In this document: one piece after another, positions 60,308-64,000 of the stretch
Layout: each line of letters starts with the position of its first letter
How positions within the stretch are numbered: the stretch's first letter is position 1
Made by a program: the position numbers and the translations under genes
Source of the DNA: Eledone cirrhosa
Taxonomy: Eukaryota
Length of the DNA stretch: 64,000 bases
Reading direction: 5' to 3'
NCBI GenBank assembly: GCA_964016885.1
Contig: OZ024746.1
Span: 41,726,001 to 41,790,000 of the forward strand
The notes under the pieces: generated by a model
What the model was told of the DNA's origin: nothing
Database searches by the model: none
What the model saw: only the letters and a program-made list of their open reading frames with translations

Positions 60308-63300
60308 ATCATCATCATCATCATCATCAACGTTTAACGTCCGTGTTCCACGCTTGCATGGGTTTGGACGGGGGTAGTCCCACTTGAGGCAAGAGTGATT
60401 GTCTTGCTCGCATAGGACTGTCTGGCAGGTTTTCTACAGTTGGATGCCCTTCCTAACACCAACCACATTTACAGTGTGGGTCTGGGAGGTTTTTACCGTG
60501 TTGCCTACACGGCCACATTACAGCGTGGACTGTGTGTTTTTTTGTCGTGACACCTACACGATCTCATTTGTTTCGGCCTATGGCGCGGCACCAACATAAC
60601 TTTACATAGAACGGGGTGGTGTGGATGGGGTGGGGGTGGTGGTGGTGGGACGGGGTGTATTTTGTTAGAGATGCCTACTGGTTGGAGTAGGTTTTACTAT
60701 ATATTTAGGTAAGGCGGGTCTTCTCTGTTACTGAGTACCGCCAAAGGTCTCGGTCCAGTGACATTGTCTTGGAGAGGTGTAAGTGTGTGATGTCGGAGTT
60801 TATCAGCTCGTCCCAGGTTTTTCTAGGTCTGCCTATTCCGTGACTACCGTCTATCTTTATTGCCCTGCACTTTGTTATACAGCTATCGACTTTCATGCGC
60901 ATCACGTGTCCATACCAACATAGCCTTCTCTCGAGTAAACAACATCTGATCCCTCTTATCTCTAATTTTTTCCTTAGTTCGTTTATGCTTTGCCGTTCAC
61001 GTATATTACTGTTACACATCCAGCGGAGCATGCAAGCTTCGTTCCTCTCTAGTCTGCGTATATCCTCTGCACACAATGCCCAGGTCTCACTGCCATGCAG
61101 CATTGCTGTTCGTATGCAGGCATCGTACAATCTGCCTTTCATTTTTAGGGAGAACCCTTTAGCAGCTAATAGTGGTATAAGCTCTCTGAACTTTTTCCAA
61201 CCAGTTCTGACTCTAGCTACAGTACTTTCAGAGCACCCTCCCCCACTGCTGATTTTATCGCCCAGGTAACGGAAGCTGTCCACTATTTCTATAGAACCCT
61301 CTGCGTAATTGAAAGAGCTAGTATTTTTATGGGCACTTGCTGCTACTTATTGCACCAGAACACCGGCCACATGTAAAATCTATGTTCTTAGTTAGCTTAC
61401 CTGTGATCCCACTACATCTTTTATGCACCCATACTTTGCATTTAGGACATAAAATGGAGTTTCTACCTACGCCTTTCCTACACACCGAGCACGACCATTT
61501 CCCAGAAGGGACCGCCGCCTTGTTTTCTTTCCTACAAACTAGAACTTTGGTCTTGACTCTAGGCCGTGCTTCCATGTTTGGAATTTCTTCTCTAGCTCGG
61601 CCATTGATTCCGCTATGAGTGTCAGGTCGTCTGCGTATAGGAGTTCCCATGGGCAGCCTGTCTTGAACTCCTCTGTTATAGCCTGAAGGGCAATAATAAA
61701 TAGTAGGGGGCTGAGAACAGAGCCCTGATGGACGCCAACTTTTACGCTAAACTCTTCACTATATTCGTTGTTAATTCTAACCTTGCTGACTGTTTCTTTA
61801 TACATGGCTTGTATAGCTCTCACAAGCCATTCGTCAACGCCTAGTTTTCTAAGAGCCCACCAGATAATGGAGCGGGGGACTCTGTCGAAGGCTTTCTCCA
61901 AGTCGACAAAAGCTAAGTAGAGGGGTTTACCTTTAGCTAGGTACTTCTCCTGTAGTTGTCGTACTATGAAAAGAGCGTCTGTGGTACTTTTGCCTGACAC
62001 AAACCCGAACTGCATTTCATCTAGGTCGATTCTCTCTCTGATTAGTTGCGCTATTACTTTTTCCGTGATCTTCATGACCTGGTCGATTAATTTAATGCCT
62101 CTGTAGTTACTCCTATCTAGGGCGTCTCCTTTACCCTTATAACAGTTAACGATGATGCTGCTATGCCAGTCCTTCGGAACAACCCCATTCTGTACGACTT
62201 GGTTAACTATGCGGGTGACCATGGTGTGTCCCACCGTGCCAGATGCCTTCAGCATCTCAGCAACTATTTCCGAAGGCCCAGCCGCTTTACCCGTCTTCAT
62301 ATCCTTGATTGCCTTACTTATTATACTCCCCTCGACTAACACTGCTGGTCCCTCTATTGGGTCGATATGGGGGAGACTGTCTTTCTCCCATTTATTCTCC
62401 TCATTTAGTAGCCTTTCGTAGTGACACTTCCAAGCTACCTTCTTATCAGCGTCGGTGATGGCAAGTGTGCCATCGTCGTTTAGTACACACTTCTCCCCGA
62501 CAATATCACGGTTTTCCTTGACGCATTGCCTAGCAATCCTGAACACCTCACGTTTTTGGTCATCGCATTGTAGAACATGTTTGAACTTTCTTTCCTCAGC
62601 TTCCCTTCTTGCTAAGTACACTTGTCTCCTAGCTTCCCTCCTGGCCACTTGATAGTCTTCTCTCCTTCCCCCATCCCGCCATACTTTCCAAGCCTGCTTT
62701 TTGGCCTTAATTGACCCCTCCACCTTACTGTTCCACCACCATGTTACTCTCCTCCTGCCTACAGGCCTGCTCCAGCCACAGACTTCGTCTGTCGCCAACA
62801 GCAGGTTTGCTTTCAGAAATTCCCACTCTCCCTCTATATTGTCCGACTCTAAACGTTCTTCCTTACTGTCGAAAGCATCAAGTAATATGCTTTGAAATTT
62901 ATTCCTGGCTGTGGGGTCCTTTAGCTTCCATATTTTTCTCCTGAGGATAGTCCTCTTCTGCTGTCGAGTACGTCTCGTCCTGACTATGAGGTCGCTAATT
63001 ATCAGTCTATGTTGGGAGGTGCATTCTTCATGGGGGAGGGATTTGGTGTTTACAACAGACACTCTGTCACGTCTTCTGGTAAGGATATAATCTACCTGGC
63101 TTGTGTGTTCCCCGGATCTATAGGTGATCAGGTGATTGTCACGTTTTTTGAAGTTAGTGTTACAGATAGTTAGGTTGTTTGCATCACAGAATTCCAGGAT
63201 TCTGGAGCCTTCCTCATTTCTAGTACCAAACCCATAGCCTCCATGGATTTCGTCGTAGCCGTCACAATGTTGTCCAACGTGACCATTTAGGTCGCCTGCA

Positions 63301-64000
63301 ATAATTATATAGTCACTGTCGGATATTTGGGAGGTAGTTAGCATCAGTGTCTCATAGAATCTGTCTTTTATCGTGCCGGGCAGTCCGGATTGGGGTGCGT
63401 ACGCAGATATTACTGTCACCGTAGTTCTATTGAGGACAAGTCGTATTTTAATTATTCTGTCGTTCACTCTATTTACGTCTATTATCTTATCTGCCCACTT
63501 TTCTGCTACCATGATTCCTACTCCACCCAGCCCATCGTCGTTTCCCACCCAGAAAAGCTTATAACATCGTTTTTTACCCTCAATGAATCTAGCAGACCCA
63601 CCCCTCCACCTGGTCTCTTGAATACAACAAACATCGACCTCCTTACGTTCAAGCATTTCTACAACCTCGTTAGCGCGACCTTTTAGGGTGCCTACATTTA
63701 TGGTACCAACTCTGAAGTTTTGGATTGCGTTTGGGGGTTGGGGGCGGTGGGGGGCGGGGGGCGATGGGGTTATGTTAGCCGTCCGCGGTCGAAACAATGA
63801 GGAGTGCTCGCATTCTCGTCCAAGAGGTGAACTTGTCTTTATCTTTGGCATTGCCGCTGAGCGTCCAGATTTTTCTCTCTCTCTCTCCTCCACTTTCCAG
63901 GATTCCGCAGTCCATCCATCCATCCCATCATATATCGAAAGGCAAGCGATAGTATAGGCCTCTGGCTTCTGATTGGTCCGCGTAATAATAATACTGGTGA
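60308..64000 (-). mobile_element. Second long RTE LINE copy, running off the window end
   Basis: Colinear and highly similar to ~47515-51336; (ATC)n tail at 60308-60328. Confidence 0.95.
60705..63923 (-). pseudogene. Disrupted RTE APE-RT ORF
   Basis: 794-aa frame broken by a 25-nt deletion at ~61554 (loses KGLKINLA) and a CAA-to-TAA stop at 61327-61329 relative to the plus copy. Confidence 0.9.

Overview
AT-rich, repeat-dominated animal genomic DNA. The SINE/LINE families and microsatellite load resemble a coleoid cephalopod such as Octopus (inference from recalled repeat families, not verified). No host protein-coding gene can be supported, and nearly all ORF-track entries are microsatellite or antisense artefacts. 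Real coding content is all transposon-derived: one near-intact RTE-clade LINE (+, 46420-51336; APE + RT with a PHD-type C4HC3 finger inserted inside the RT), a disabled convergent sister copy (-, 60308-64000), 5'-truncated RTE copies, CR1-like and L1/Tx1-like fragments, a decayed hAT transposase, a non-autonomous Helitron and many tRNA-derived SINEs. The most interesting signal lies in the ~22 kb (TA)n/(TATATG)n field at 38.3-60.3 kb. Its short unique islands are mostly fold-back structures carrying type I hammerhead ribozyme (HHR) motifs of at least five distinct sequence families, several with the self-complementary helix III typical of Penelope-like element (PLE) termini. They include a 170-bp-arm palindrome with an HHR on each strand, an HHR capped by a cUUCGg tetraloop, and two same-strand HHRs 1344 nt apart in a retrozyme-like layout.
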